Of a stretch of 64,000 nucleotides of DNA, positions 1 to 13,555 are shown piece by piece. A program made the translations under genes and the position numbers. The stretch covers positions 61,897,318 through 61,961,317 of the forward strand of contig NC_057718.1 in NCBI RefSeq assembly GCF_004010195.1, in the 5' to 3' direction. Origin of the DNA: Chiloscyllium plagiosum (Eukaryota). The notes beneath the pieces were generated by a model, which saw only the letters and a list, made by a program, of their open reading frames with translations, was not told where the DNA came from and did no database searches. Position 1 is the stretch's first letter, and each line of letters begins with the position of its first letter.

Positions 1-3000
1 TACAAAACCCTTACATCGACTTGACCCCAATGAGACAAACCCTAAGGCCCAACATCCCTACTCTGGATCCAACATTACTTACCAAGATCCAAATCCAACC
101 ACTCCTCAACAATTTGTGAGGAGAAATCCTTTCACCAGCTTCTGACCTGGCACCCATTTGCTTGCTCTGGACCCAGCAGTAATCTCCTTATCTCATAAGG
201 GATGCTCAAAAATTGAAATTGTCATGATTCTTCACTGTTTTAGTATATTTTGTTATTAAAATAATCTGAAAAAAAATCAAGTATATAGAGTACTATCAAA
301 AATCTTCGAAACACTAACCTAGTGTTTCTTCAAAAATCTTCAAAACCCAAACAACCCCCTTCCCCACCCTCCGGGAGTCAGCCCCCTAATCCAGGATTCA
401 GCTTCAGACATAGCATCTCTTCCCCTCTCAGGGCCCAACGTCCTCACCACCCCTTCCCAGGATCTTATATTCCTTCCTCTGTGCTGGATACTCAGCAGCA
501 CGGCCTCTCTCTGAGACTAAAACACCCCTCCCCCTCCCACTGTGTTCTGCCACTGACACACACCTTTCCTCCAACCCAACACCCACCCTCCCCTGCCCTT
601 ATTGCATCTGATTACTAGACATTCCAACCACTGTAAACACTGGCATCACTTACCTGATCAACCTCTCCCTGCCATCTTACATCCAACCCACTTCACATCC
701 TACCCATCTGGTACCCTAACCCCATATTACCTTATATACTTATAGTTTGACAGCAGTTCTCAAAGTGACTGTCAGTGATTCAGGACCTTCAAAGATCACA
801 ACAGGACACCTGCAAAAAGGGGTATGGTTTACATTCTGTATTAAATACATCTGCAGGAGATTACTATTCCCTAGGAACCTAACCCAATATCTGCTTTTCT
901 AAAAAGGGATTCCAGATCAAGGCTTAGCATTTTCTCGATGTTGACTTTGAGATCACAAAGGAAATCACAAGTCTGAGATCAAAATGAGGCTCGTTTCAAT
1001 TCCTCATGAACAATTGGACAATTTACAACTTCCTACAAGTTCCAGGGCAAAGTACACAATAAATAGGCAGATCAAGACTTTGTATTATTGGTATTTGACA
1101 CTGTCCACATTATTTTCAACCAATGTAACTCAAGTGGAATAAAAAAAGTTTAGGGTATGTAATGGTTTACAAAATATCTCTTTACATTTTCTACTCATGT
1201 GTGCCCAATAAATTCAACACATTGTGAATCCTACAACTTAAGCCTTCAATAGTGATTGAAGTTACTCCTAAGACATATATATGCATGATACATTTGGTGC
1301 CTCAGTGGACGGATGCATCATTCAATTTTGCACTCAACCATTAGAAAAGTTTAAGCACTAATTCCTAGTCTACAGTACTTTAACCAAAGACTTTTGAGTT
1401 AATAATGTAAACCATTACAATAGTCTTCAATTTATTTTTGATTTGCAATTCTCCCTACTGTGGAACAGGCTGCTGACATGAAATGTTTCAGCTAACATCT
1501 TGACAACTACCACTTGGACAAAGGAAGGACTGACAGCTCCTTAGCATTAGCCAGTATTTCAAGTGAGGGGATCACAGTGGAATCATGAATGCCACAAACT
1601 CCAGTAAAAATTGTTCTTATCTCTGCCACGATCACCACCTCCATCCTTTCACTCACTTCACCCCACTGATCTGTCATGCCATATGTCAAAGTTCCTACGC
1701 ACTGCAGTATTTTGAGTAAATCTGCACTACTTAATAAAGACTATAGCTGATTTAAAACTGTCTGGTTTTAAAAGGAAATTCTAAAATCAATTTGTTAAAT
1801 AGTTTAATCAATGACAAATTAAATAAAGGATCTGTCATGATGCCAGCAGGTATTGGCACAGCACAAAGCTGTGTACACACTGGACCTAGTCATTCAGATC
1901 CTGTTCTACAGGAAACAGCTGATGTTAAGCTAACAAAATGATCACTGAAGTTGATTTCAGATCTTCAACTGGGCAATTAATATACATGCTGGCCAAAATG
2001 TACCATCCATGCAACCTGGGATATCTTCCCAGGCTATAGTTTGGAATCTATAACTAACAACAAAGTAAGAACATTTTTAATGTTTTGATGTAGATTAAAT
2101 GTTTTATTTATTTCATGGTGTATGGTTTCATCCATTGAATATTCTATCACTATAGTCTGGAATGACCAATTTCATTTCAGATTTCATCCTCCTACTCCAT
2201 ACATCATTTCCTAGTTGAAAAGATGCTCATTGGCACAAATAATCTCATTCTCAATAGCAGCATTGCCAGCAAATTCAGTAACAGCTGAGCACTTGATACC
2301 TGAAGTATTCAATTATAGAAGATAACAATATGAAATTCTGAGTCATAGAATTCCTGTGCAGGATGAGCATTATGATTGTAAGTGGTTGAAAGCAGCAAAA
2401 CTTCACAACTAGTTCATTCTACTATTTACCCCATCTTCCCCTCCACCCACTCCCACTGCCCCAACACTGAGTTTACACTGTGTATCCCAGAACAAAGTCG
2501 TACCTCACAACTCAGCAAAACACCAAGACAGCCAGCCAAATTCACTAATCAATGGCCTGAATAGACAGGAATGCAAACTGTAGTGTTACGTAAAAAGAAC
2601 TTTTGGAGTATTCAGGCCCCTTCTTCCCTCCCCGCAATCTCAGTGTTTATGATTTTAAAAATATTGTGATTATGTCCACAAAACTGACATATTTATAACT
2701 TATTTAATAAAGCTTACAGAAAGCAACACTTTTAACCATGAAAAGCATGAAGAAACACATCCTCAGTGAAACCTAATCTCGCTATCAATGCCAAGAGATG
2801 GTTACCACAAGATTGCAAAAGCCATAGATCTCTGTCGATCAATCCGACACAAATAAAAAGGAAAAATAAAAGCATCAGACTGAACACTTCTTTAAAAAGA
2901 CATATCTTATAACTTTTTCAAATCTTATAACCCTCCATTATCCCTGGCCTTTGAGTATCCTAGTTTAATCGTTCCATTACTGTGTCTCCACCAGTATAAT

Positions 3001-3359
3001 TCATTTATATTTCATTTAATTTCAACTGACTCAGATGAAACATAAATTTAACAAAATATAGTCACAGTTAACATTATAAATAACAAATGAAAGTAGCATT
3101 TACTTTGCTGAAATGTGTCTGCTTCACATTTGTATTTTGGTACACATTGTCCACCAGCATAAATTTTTCAAGGACAGCCTCTTACAATTTTGGTTTCTCA
3201 TCACTTGACTGTTTTTCCATGCTGTTTGATGTGTGATTATATGACCAGAGAATGAAACAAATAATCTAAAGACAATAAACATTACAAATTTTTGTCCATC
3301 TGGCAACTTAATACAGGGAGTGCAGAGTAAGGGCTTTTGCTGCTTTTAATTTGAAAGAA

Positions 3360-3577
3360 GTAGACAGGCGGGAGACTGAAAGAACACAGCAACCCAGGTA
3401 GCATCAGGAGATGGAGAAGTCGACATTTCAGATGTAACTCCTCTTCAGGACTGGGGGTGGTGTAGGGGGAGCTGCAGATAATGAGGGTGGCGGGTTAGGG
3501 TAAAGTAGAGATCCCCACTTCACCACCCTGTCCCCGCCACCCCCTTCAAGCATCTGCAGTTCTTTTGTCTCTAATTA
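3360..3577 (-). mobile_element. Short non-autonomous element with hammerhead-like core, TSD-flanked
   Basis: 12-bp direct repeat AATTTGAAAGAA at 3348-3359 and 3578-3589. Minus strand of 3418-3452 reads AGUC-CUGAAGA-GGAGUUACAUCU-GAAA-UGUC-GACU. Confidence 0.65.
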
Positions 3578-3665
3578 AATTTGAAAGAAAGCTTAATATT
3601 TTCTTAAGTATCCAGAAATAGAAAAAAATTCTGAACCTAGTAGCTGTAAAATTAACAATTAGTTA

Positions 3666-3870
3666 AAAACACAGAAATTGCTAGATAAACTCAGCAGGTC
3701 TCCAACATCTGTGGAAAGAAATAGAGTTAATGTTTCAAATCTGGTATGAGTCATATGAGACTTGAAATGTTAACTCTGTTTCTCTCCAAAGATGCTGCCA
3801 GACCTGCTGAGTTTCTCAAGCACCTCTGTGTTTGTTTCAAATTTCCAGTATCCACTGTATTTTGCTTTTA
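3666..3870. mobile_element. Palindromic short element (inverted arms) related to the hammerhead-bearing family
   Basis: AAACTCAGCAGGTCT...AGAGTTAATGTTTCAA is mirrored by TTGAAATGTTAACTCT...AGACCTGCTGAGTTT. Confidence 0.7.
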
Positions 3871-4017
3871 TTAAAAATTTGTTTCTTGTCACTCTGAGAA
3901 ATAAAATCTTCAATTATCAAGCTGTACACCAAGAATTAAAATTCAAACCTTCACTCTTCTTTAATTCAATATTTTTGTTCAAAAATCTAAATAGGTTGAG
4001 CACACAGTAACTTGTTT

Positions 4018-4304
4018 GGGTGGCACAGTGGTTAGCACTGCTGCCTCACAGCGCCAGAAACCTGGGTTCAATTCCCACCTCAGGCAACTGTCTGTGTGGA
4101 GTTAGCATATTCTCACTGTGTCTGCATGGGTTTCCTCCGGTTTCCTCCCACAGTCCAAAAATGTGCAGGTTAGGTGAATTGGCCATACTAAATTGCGTGG
4201 AGTGTTAGGTGAAAGGGTGAATGTAGGGGAATGGGTCTGGTGTGTCAGTGTGGGCTTGTTGGGCCGAAGGCCTGTATCACACTGTAAGTAATCTAATCTA
4301 ATCT
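4018..4304 (+). mobile_element. HE1-like tRNA-derived V-SINE
   Basis: A box TGGCACAGTGG, B box GGTTCAATTCC, V-domain-like TGTGTGGAGTT.GCA..TTCTC, and (TCTAA)n tail. Confidence 0.88.
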
Positions 4305-4528
4305 TGTATAATTATATAAAATAAATTGCTTCACTACTCTAACTTTACTCTCCTTGAAAGTTTCGAATCAGCTTATTTTGTTGCACCTTAAAATAATTTG
4401 TTTCTCCATTCATTTTACAGATTTAGTATTACCATGTCATTGTGCAAAGTTTCTCTTGAAATCTTCTCAACAGAAGACAATTTTCTCATTTTCTTGTTGG
4501 GAGAATTTTCTACACTCAGTCTTACAAA

Positions 4529-4850
4529 TAGATTAGATTAGATTAGATTAGATTACAGTGTGGAAACAGGCCCTTCGGCCCAACAAGTCCACACTGACCC
4601 GCCGAAGCGCAACCCACCCATACCCCTACATTTGCCCCTTACCTAACACTACGGGCAATTTAGCAAGGCCAATTCACCTGACCTGCACATCTTTGGATTG
4701 TGGGAGGAAACCGGAGCACCCGGAGGAAACCCACGCAGACACGGGGAGAACGTGCAAACTCCACACAGTCAGTCGCCTGAGGCCGGAATTGAACCCAGGT
4801 CTCTGGCGCTGCGAGGCAGCAGTGCTAACCACTGTGTCACCGTGCCGCCC
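4529..4850 (-). mobile_element. HE1-like SINE, full length
   Basis: Reverse complement of the 4018 copy, with a (TAGAT)n tail on the left. Confidence 0.9.
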
Positions 4851-6408
4851 AAGTATACTGCAAGTATATCAAAGAACTAGAATTAGTTCCCCCTTCAAAG
4901 GGTTGAAATTTCCACTATCAAATCGGTCCCATTTTCTCACTCCCCATTTGACTTTGACATTTTTAGAAAAGGATATACTTGCCAGTTCAATGAATGTTTA
5001 ACTGTTGATATGCTATGATCATTTGAAGAAAGGTAGATTTTCTTAAGTTTTCAAAGAGAACAAAGAATCATTTTTATTGTACTTAATCCAGACTAAATAA
5101 AATAATTTTAAAACATCTAACTTTCTCACACGCAAAAACCTTTTAAGTTCACGTTCAGACAAACAAGTTGGAGTGCAGGGTAAATTAGTCAATTTAATGG
5201 CCAGTAAAATTAAAATAATCATGAAGGTTGGATTTGGTTGCTCCAACTGACCAATGACCTAACATTTGGTCATGATTAGTGCATTCCACTTGTTTGACTT
5301 ACTTTATGCAATTATGTCTGAGCACACTTGTTTCAAAGTCAGTGTTCCATTCTCTAAGTTATTATGTCCAGTAATTTGTCATCACCCAGTTGAGTATCCA
5401 AAATTCTACCTAATAGTTTGTTAGCAGTTTAGGAAATGATGCCAGTTCATACTCCTTCAAGACAATGATTCTTGATGAAACTTTGGAGACAGGTTGTCTC
5501 CATTTCAAGCGGGTATTAAAACGTAGAAGGTACAGTTGTGCAAATGTGCGGCTGTCTTTGACTGTGATTCCAAAATAATAGAATGTGGTTTTTGTCTTTT
5601 TAAAAATCAGTTAGGGTGTCCAGTCAACATATTCAAAAATCATTTATTATAAATCATGACTTCATAACACCACCAAAATTTCTGCAATAGTGACTAATGA
5701 TAGCCAACAGAAATGAAAATAAAAATTAGTTCTGAAGAAAATGTTATTGGGTTTAAAATATTAAGTCTTTTATAAAAATGAGAAACAACTTAACTTGCTG
5801 TTGGGTGGTTAAATCACTCTAATGTCTGAGAGGTGAAAGCTTTCAATAATTCATGTAAGCTTTCTTATTGTGAAGAACTGTGTGATATCATCACCACAGT
5901 AATGTGATGCACAAATGACATACTGGAACAAATTATGACAATGCATTCATAAACAAAACTAGAAAATGGTTTGCAATTTTTGGTTGATAATGCTCCTTCA
6001 AATAATTTACAGGAACAAAACAAAAATGCCTCCTAAAGGATGGAATAAGAAAAGATGAATGTCGGAAAATTTTCAGACAAAGACAAGTCATAAGTACTGG
6101 TGTCAAGAAAATAGAATCATAAGTGTACAAGTGAATGTAAAATAGATGTGGGAAGGAGGGGTTAACAATAGGAAAGGAGGAGAAATAAAAAAAAAGATGC
6201 CTAGCAATGACACAGAGGAAAGCAACTGTACAGAGACACAAAGCTAAACTGTCCTGGTTGGGTCAGAATGTTAGTGTGAGTTACTATTAAGATGCTGAAT
6301 ACAGAAACCCAATCTGATTAGGGATAGCAGGCTGACTAGGGAACCAAGAGATGCAAAAGAATAGTCTGGAGGAATAGCCAGCTGGTAGGCCCAGCAGGAG
6401 AGGAGAGC

Positions 6409-6715
6409 GGGCGGCATGGTGGCTCAGTGGTTAGCACTGCTGCCTCACAGCACCAGGGTCTCAGGTTCAATTCCAGCCTCAGCCGACTGTCTGTGTGGAG
6501 TTTGCACGTTCTCCCCATGTCTGTGTGGGTTTGCTCCGGTTTCCTCCCACAGTCCAACGATGTGCAAGTCAGGTGAATTGGCCTTGCTAAATTCCCCATA
6601 GTGTTAGGTGCATTAGTCAGAGGGAATGGGTCTGGGTGGGTTACTCTTTGGAGGGTCAGTGTGGACTTGTTGGGCTGAAGGGCCTGTTTCCACACTGTAG
6701 GAAATATAATCTAAT
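6409..6715 (+). mobile_element. HE1-like SINE
   Basis: GGGCGGCATGGTGGCTCAGTGGTTAGCACTGCTGCC head, B box, and the same body and tail as other copies. Confidence 0.9.
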
Positions 6716-6861
6716 GCAAAAAAAATCTAATAGCTGCTGATAAAAACAGGAGACCACAAGGGGACGTAAACATGTTGGCACTCTCAACAGCATTGGAAAA
6801 CATTCACTCTGCCAAATCATCAATGGGAAGGAAGAGCTCCTCTACAACATGGCTGGCAGGT

Positions 6862-7162
6862 TTAGATTAGATTAGATTCCCTACAGTGTGGAAGCAAGCC
6901 CTTTGGCCCAACCAGTCCACACCGACCCTCCGAAGAGTAACCCACCCAGACCCGTTTCCCACTGACTAATGCACCTAACACAATTGGCAATTTAGCATGG
7001 CCAATTCACCTAACCTGCACATCTTTGGATTGTAGGAGGAAACCCACGCAAACACGGGAGAACATGCAAACTTCACACAGACACTCACCCGAGGCTGGAA
7101 TCGAACCTGGGACCCCGGTGCTGTGAGGCAGCAGTGCTAACCACTGAGCCACCATGCCGCCC
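6862..7162 (-). mobile_element. HE1-like SINE
   Basis: Reverse-complement copy with a (TTAGA)n tail. Confidence 0.9.
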
Positions 7163-8379
7163 AAAATGTAACAACTGCACTGCAGCAGCTCGGTGATGGG
7201 TGATCGACCCAAACATGATGGTGCTCCTGACCCAGCTACTTCCAGTGGGAAGAGTGAACTAATGCCAGAAAATCCCAGTAGTGTCCTCACACTTTCCCAA
7301 ATGGAGTCTTAATTAGGCTAACTACCTCTCCGTCGCCTCCAGTGGGTGGCCAGTGCCAGACTGGGCCAGCTACAACAAAGCACTCTGCGGCGAACCCAAC
7401 ATGATATTTTGAGGACTTGTTTTCAGTCCCATTTCCAAACACACCTCCATGGGCATAAAACTATTCAGTTTAGACAAACATGCAAAGAAAGACACAAATC
7501 TACCAAGTTTATATGCTCATACTGCTTTTCCATGCACAATATTTTTATGCAGACATTACTCAACGAAACAAATTAACACCACTGTAAAAATACCACAAGC
7601 AGGAATATGATGTTTTGTGTAAACTATGCTGGTTGGAGTTATTGCTACAGTCAGAAAATAAATCCTATTTTGGTCTCACTACCGATTCAACAAACATATG
7701 TGCTGAGCATTTTAGTAAGTGCATATAGACTGCTTGTTTTCCCTAAAAGTTTGTTTGTATCTTTGATGTTTCTAAATTTTCTCAAATTCAATGGTTTATT
7801 TTGTTAAGTGTTAAAACACTTCTGCTACCTTAATAATCAAAACTCCTATATACTGAATATAAAATCCTGTGCTATTCGTACACTAAATATAAAAGGTGCA
7901 TTTCTTTCTGATTACTTGCTTCAAATTTCCTTACACTTCTTTTAACTCAGTTCCCAAGGAGATGTCTGATAATCTTTGGTAAAATAATAGAAATTGGAAG
8001 AAGTAACATACTTCCATCACATTTCATTAACATAATGCTACCATGATCATAACTATGTTCTCAAGCTTTGTTGAAATTCTTTACTTAGTTTTTGATATGT
8101 ATTATTTACTGATCAACAAACAGTTGCAAAAACATTACCTTCACCACCTTCAGCTGCGAATAAATCAATGAATTGACAGCTAGTTATTAGTCAAAAGTTC
8201 CATCTGATTTTTAAGCTTCAGTCTTCCATCAACACCTTTGTATCTATAAACTGGAGCAAGCATGAAAACATGCTCAAGTATTACAAGCAAACTATATTAA
8301 ATTTCTCACTGCACACAGTGAGCCATATTCATCAGAGAATGGTTCATTCAAAATATTTTCTTTCTTCTTCATTGTAAGA

Positions 8380-8960
8380 CTGTTATTAGACTGTCAGGAG
8401 CCATTCTGTCCATCTAGCTCATTGTTCTATAGTGACTGTCACATTACCCAAGTAACTCTCCAATAATTCCAGAATTTTAATATCTACTATCCTCTTCAGA
8501 AGAACATTCCAAGATGCTATTTGTCCTTTTGTCAGGAAGTACATCTTCAGACATTAGCTCTGAACTTGCCTGTCCCAGTTTGTACCCATGTTCCGAATTT
8601 GTGGTTTAATTTGAAGGATTACCTCGTTGGTCGACTGATCATTCTACTTATCTCTTTACACAGCTTTCCCCTCAGTCATCTTTTTCCTCCATTACAAGCT
8701 GCAAAGTCCCATAGTTTTCTAATCTTGCTAACTCTGATCCTCTGACACAAGTCAGTCTTTGGACCTTCTCTGCACCACCTGAAGCACCTGAATACTTTTC
8801 TTGTATCTCAATGATCAAGACAGAACATTGGATATTATCAAGGTGTTGCCTGACAACTAAACAGTGGTCTCAGATATCCACCCTACAGACTTGATAGTAT
8901 ATGTATGTATTCTGCTTGCTTTGTTAATTGCTACTCTGTGATGATTGGATACAGTCAATG
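8380..8960 (-). mobile_element. Ancient LINE (CR1/L2-type) 3' fragment
   Basis: Heavily decayed similarity to CR1 3' ORF2 and tail sequence seen elsewhere in the window. Confidence 0.35.
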
Positions 8961-9524
8961 ATCAACCCAATTCTGTTCTTGAGTCCATTCAGAAGTTGAT
9001 TGTAAGTAAGTCAGAACACAATACAGGTCAGTATAAAACAGTCAGCCATAAGTGCAGGAAAAATTCATATATCAGATTTTTTAAAATTACACCTCTGTAT
9101 GGGATTGCATTCGCAAGTACAAACATTCATAAGTTAGATGTTTTTAACTAACTCTACTACTCTCAGTTGTGATAAAAGGTATATTAGGTTGCATATTTTA
9201 ATACCATTCTGGGAACTTAGATTTCAAAATAGGGATGGCTGGGTTTTTTATAAAAAAACTTCACAGAAGTAACTAATTCAGAGAATCTTTCCAGGATAGT
9301 GATCTAAATGAAGCATTTGTCAGAAAGCAGGTGACCACAGATGTTTATACTGTTGTGTTTAAGACAGATGGGTTAAATTTCTAAGGAAATTAGTTTTGTT
9401 TTCAATTCAGAAGAATCTAAGGTTGAGTAAGTTTTGTTTTAAATTCAGTGCAGAAAACACCAAAGTTGAGTTCAAAATCAAGGTTAGTTACTTTCTTCGG
9501 AGGAGATTAGAGAGCCAGTCACTT

Positions 9525-9802
9525 GAGACCCGGGTTCAATTCCAGCCTCAGGCGACTGACTGTGTGGAGTTTGCACATTCTCCCCGTGTCTGCGTGGGTT
9601 TCCTCCGGGTGCTCCGGTTTCCTCCCACAGTCCAAAAATGTGCAGGTCAGGTGAATTGGCTATGCTAAATTGTCCGTGGTGTTAGGTGCAGGGGTAAATG
9701 TAGGGGAATGGGTCTGGGTGGGTTGCGCTTCGGCAGGTCGGTGTGGACTTGTTGGGCCGAAGGGCCTGTTTCCACACTGTAAGTAATCTAATCTAATCTA
9801 AT
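9525..9802 (+). mobile_element. HE1-like SINE, 5'-truncated
   Basis: Begins just before the B box (GGGTTCAATTCC); (TAATC)n tail. Confidence 0.88.
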
Positions 9803-10289
9803 TCAGTAGCAGGATTTCGCCTGTGTGAAACTGCCAAACTAGACGAGTTTGCCTAGAAATCTGCAAGTTAGTAGAATTGAGAAAACTTAGGCCCTCAGGT
9901 TTGATAGTGGCAGACTTGTAAAGGTCTCATTAAATTCCACAGTCTATAACAAGTCCATTAAGTCAAAACTTAAGATAGATATGTAATTTTCTTTCTGCAC
10001 CTAAATCTCTGTAAATGGATGGCATCAGGAATCAAGTTAAAATTTTTATTTTGTTGTGTAGTTTATGCTTAGATATGTCTAAATTATGAATTTATATTAT
10101 CTGAGTATTTCATACAATTAACCACTGATCTGTTGATAATGAAAATCTGAAGCAATATATGAATATGTCTCAGTGACAAACCACCATTTTAATGTGTGAA
10201 ACAAAACAAACATATGATCTATCAAGTCAGGTTTCATTCTAGGACTGACTTCTTCAATCATATCATGAGATCACAGCGCAGGTCTCTTT

Positions 10290-11020
10290 CAGTTTCATTC
10301 CCACCCGTTCAACATGATTCGTTTCTTCTTCTCAAGGTCTCTGCCTGAAGGCTATGTAACCACGATGGACTGCTCCTTCCAGGGACTTGCTATGACAATA
10401 TCTATTTTCGTATGATTGTTGTAACCTGGAGCTATGAATAGTGAGGGTATAGGATTCATTTTACTTTCCTTTACATATGACCAAGGGAATCTCCTGCTCT
10501 TACTGTCAATCACTAACATATTGGAAGGATTTGCAGGTTGGCGCTCAGCCTATTTGGCCACGTCATGAATGCATCTTCCTTTGTCTTCCACAAGATCTCC
10601 AATTTACTTAGCATGTGCAAATGATTTGTTCCAATGTGAAATATTTTGCATTGATTTGCATTCAACTCCATTGACCACTTCTCACTTACAAATAATGTCT
10701 AGGACTTTCTGTAACTTCTTGATTGCTTTAAAATACTGATCAACCATGCCCGTTCCCAACCAAATTTAGCATGATGTGGAAATCTAACTAATTTATAATG
10801 CATATCATTAACATAAAGTCAAAAATGGGGGAACCCAACTCTCCTTGAAACATTCCATTGATAGATAGATTCTCCCCAACCCCTTCATTCTTTAGGATAT
10901 CAGTCTAAATCTCTGTCCAACACTGAGCCACAGTTTGTTATGAATTCTAAGCCTAGTCAAGGGTTAGGACCTCCATATAACCACTGCTAGAGTTATCAGT
11001 TATAAATTTTATGACTCCAC
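10290..11020 (-). mobile_element. Ancient LINE RT fragment
   Basis: Minus strand shows decayed GVPQGSVLGP-like and KFADDTKLG-like segments around 10740-10860. Confidence 0.4.
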
Positions 11021-13089
11021 ATTACAGGTAGGGCAATTCAAAAATTGTGGGAAGACTCTACCCATGGTTTTCTAACAATTAAACTGAATAGTTGGACAAT
11101 TCTAGGCCACATGGTTTCAAGTTTTAAACTGTGGTGCACTTAGAGGCAGTATTAATTTCTAAAATATAGACTTACTGGGGTTTTAGTGGAATTTAAAATA
11201 TTAAAGTAACTTTTTTTATGGGATAAAAGAATCATAACTTACTTGCTCAAATAGGAAGCTTTAGTTATTTTTCAGAGACGCAGATCAGTTACAGTCTCAA
11301 TGAATGGCAGAACAAGTTGTAAAGGGGTTGAATGGTCTACTTTCTTAATACAATAAGCACTCATTCAAAGCTGTCTGACAGCACTGTTGCAAACATTTCA
11401 TTTTTCTTTCCAATCAAAATGAGGCAAAGTGTATTCTATGTAATGGATAGCACTAATTAAAAAATAATTAGCAAGAAGGATTTTGAAAGGTGTGGTGGAG
11501 TTGAGTTAGAAGGTTTAATAAATGGGGGAACAGGTTGGGAGGGCTGAATGGCCTTCTCTGGGTCCTCTAGTATTCTTTTCCTCTGGATATCATTTATTTC
11601 AAGCAGAACGCTGAAAGGTGTGTATCCCAGAGGGCCCTAGCTGTTTACAGTTCAATATCCTGCCCACATTTTATGTATTTAAAATATGTACTGTGATGCA
11701 GCTCTGTATCATACAACAGTTGTGTCTGTAAAGACCTACAATGCAGGAATCATTACTATTAACTGTCCTTTCATTAGGCTTTTAAAAATACTCATTATAT
11801 TTTTTTTTGCAGCAAGTGCCTTGTTAGTCAATTTGTGGGCCAAAACAGTAGCAAGATGAATCTGGATACAAGTTCTCCCTGTTCTCTCCAAAGTCGAACA
11901 ATTGGGAAAAAAAAATCAAATTACCTGTCCCCAACAACAGAAAGGTTTCAACTGACAAATTTCTAAAAGATTCATATTAAGTGTCTAATTTTCTTTTCTT
12001 TTAAATTAAAGCGTCAGTCATGTCACCCTATATTTGCTGGTGCTAGATTACATTTCCATGGCAGCTGTTCTTTTGTCTACCTTCAGCGAAGCCAAACCAG
12101 CCTAAAATTTCATCTAATCTGCTATAAACCAAGTGTCAGACACTTAAATGGCAGCTAAAAATGCCACTTTCGGATTAACTGACTGACACTTGCTAATAAT
12201 AGCTATATGTGCCGAGAGCAGGAGCAGACATTTTGTGAAACCGAAGAGGAACCTGAATATGGGAATGCATCAAACCGGTCAGTTTGAACTTCTTATCAAG
12301 CAAAAAAATCAGAATCCCCACATCACACCCTAAGAACTGCTATTATCAACAGTGACCTTTCTCACTCTTTGTTAGTACTTTTGATTTTGTGGTTAGGGGA
12401 AGGAGTAATAGAATAAGTGAAGTAACAGTCCAATTTACAATTTCGCAAAGTAAACTTTTCAACCATTGTTACAATAAAAAAGCAAATTATGTGGGATGAG
12501 AGTACTAAATGTTCTCTCAAACTAAATATTTATTTGAATGGAATCTGCATAAATCATTTACTTTACAGCATTGTACCAAACTAAAGTCACATTTTACAGT
12601 ATACAAATAAAATTCATCAATTAATAATGCAAAATACACAGTGTGGAAAATCCGGAATAAATCTTATCCACATCCTTCAACAGACATCTTCATGGAGAGG
12701 TGGTAGCAGCGTTGTATGGAGAGATCATAGAGAAAGGCTCTGTAGCAGACTGCAGCTTAAAATGAAGCAGTGGACCCACCAACAGTGACTTTGATCACCA
12801 AACAGATTATCAACCTGCAAGTTGATAATGCTGCTGTATTTGTTAAAAACTGGCAAACATTTAGTTAGGACCTTTGCTTATAAACTTCTAGTCAGTACTT
12901 CTGAGAAGGATGAAATCAATCTAATGCCATTCACTCCTGGTTCCATGATTCAGAAATCTAGGCATTAGGAGTAACATTCCTTTGACTAGTGTATTTGATA
13001 AAGTTAAAACTGATTTAATTTTTCAAAAATTAAACAAATTTTTACTTTATCAAATATACAATTAGAGAAGACTTGTGTTTGTGCAAGTA

Positions 13090-13555
13090 GAGTCACTCAC
13101 AAGTAAAAAAGTTATGCAAACAAATCTGATCATCAGGACAGTTACTATCCTGTAGGATAGACGAACATTTATACACCTTAATACATTCCATGCTGTACCA
13201 AACAACTGCAGAAACAATGAATAAATTTTGCTTGCATAATGCCTTTGAATTGCAAATGTGTTAATCAATCCACAAAGTATATGCTACAGACAACAATGAG
13301 ATAAATGACAAGCTAACTTTTAGTGTCACTGGGCAAATGTTAGTCTTAATACCTGAAGAGCTCCACCTTTTTCATTGTGCCATTCAATCTTTAATATACA
13401 ACTTGAACAGGCAAACTGATTCTTGGTTTAATGTCTAATCTAAAAGACAACAAATCTGATAGTAAGGGTCAACTTAGATTATTATGGTCATGTTCTGAAA
13501 TGAAGTTTGAACCACAAACTTCTCACTCAGAGACTATAGTACAAACCATAAACCA
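13090..13555 (-). mobile_element. Ancient DeuSINE-like element (tRNA head + Deu-like core)
   Basis: Minus strand has a CTCTGAGTGAGAAG...GGTTCAAAC head, then GTCTTTTAGATTAGACATTAAACCAAG...AAAGATTGAATGGCAC, resembling the Deu domain as I recall it. Confidence 0.45.

Noticed and set aside
1..730. C-rich region with a 98-aa ORF
   Set aside because: Low-complexity or decayed repeat; no splice or homology support.
5725..5770. TTCTGAAGAAAATG...TTAA as another hammerhead remnant
   Set aside because: Too degenerate: no stem II and no GAAA box.
4018..7290. tRNA genes and short ORFs (MAQWLALLPHS..., MWKQALRPNK...)
   Set aside because: These are SINE heads and bodies repeated several times in the window, not genes.
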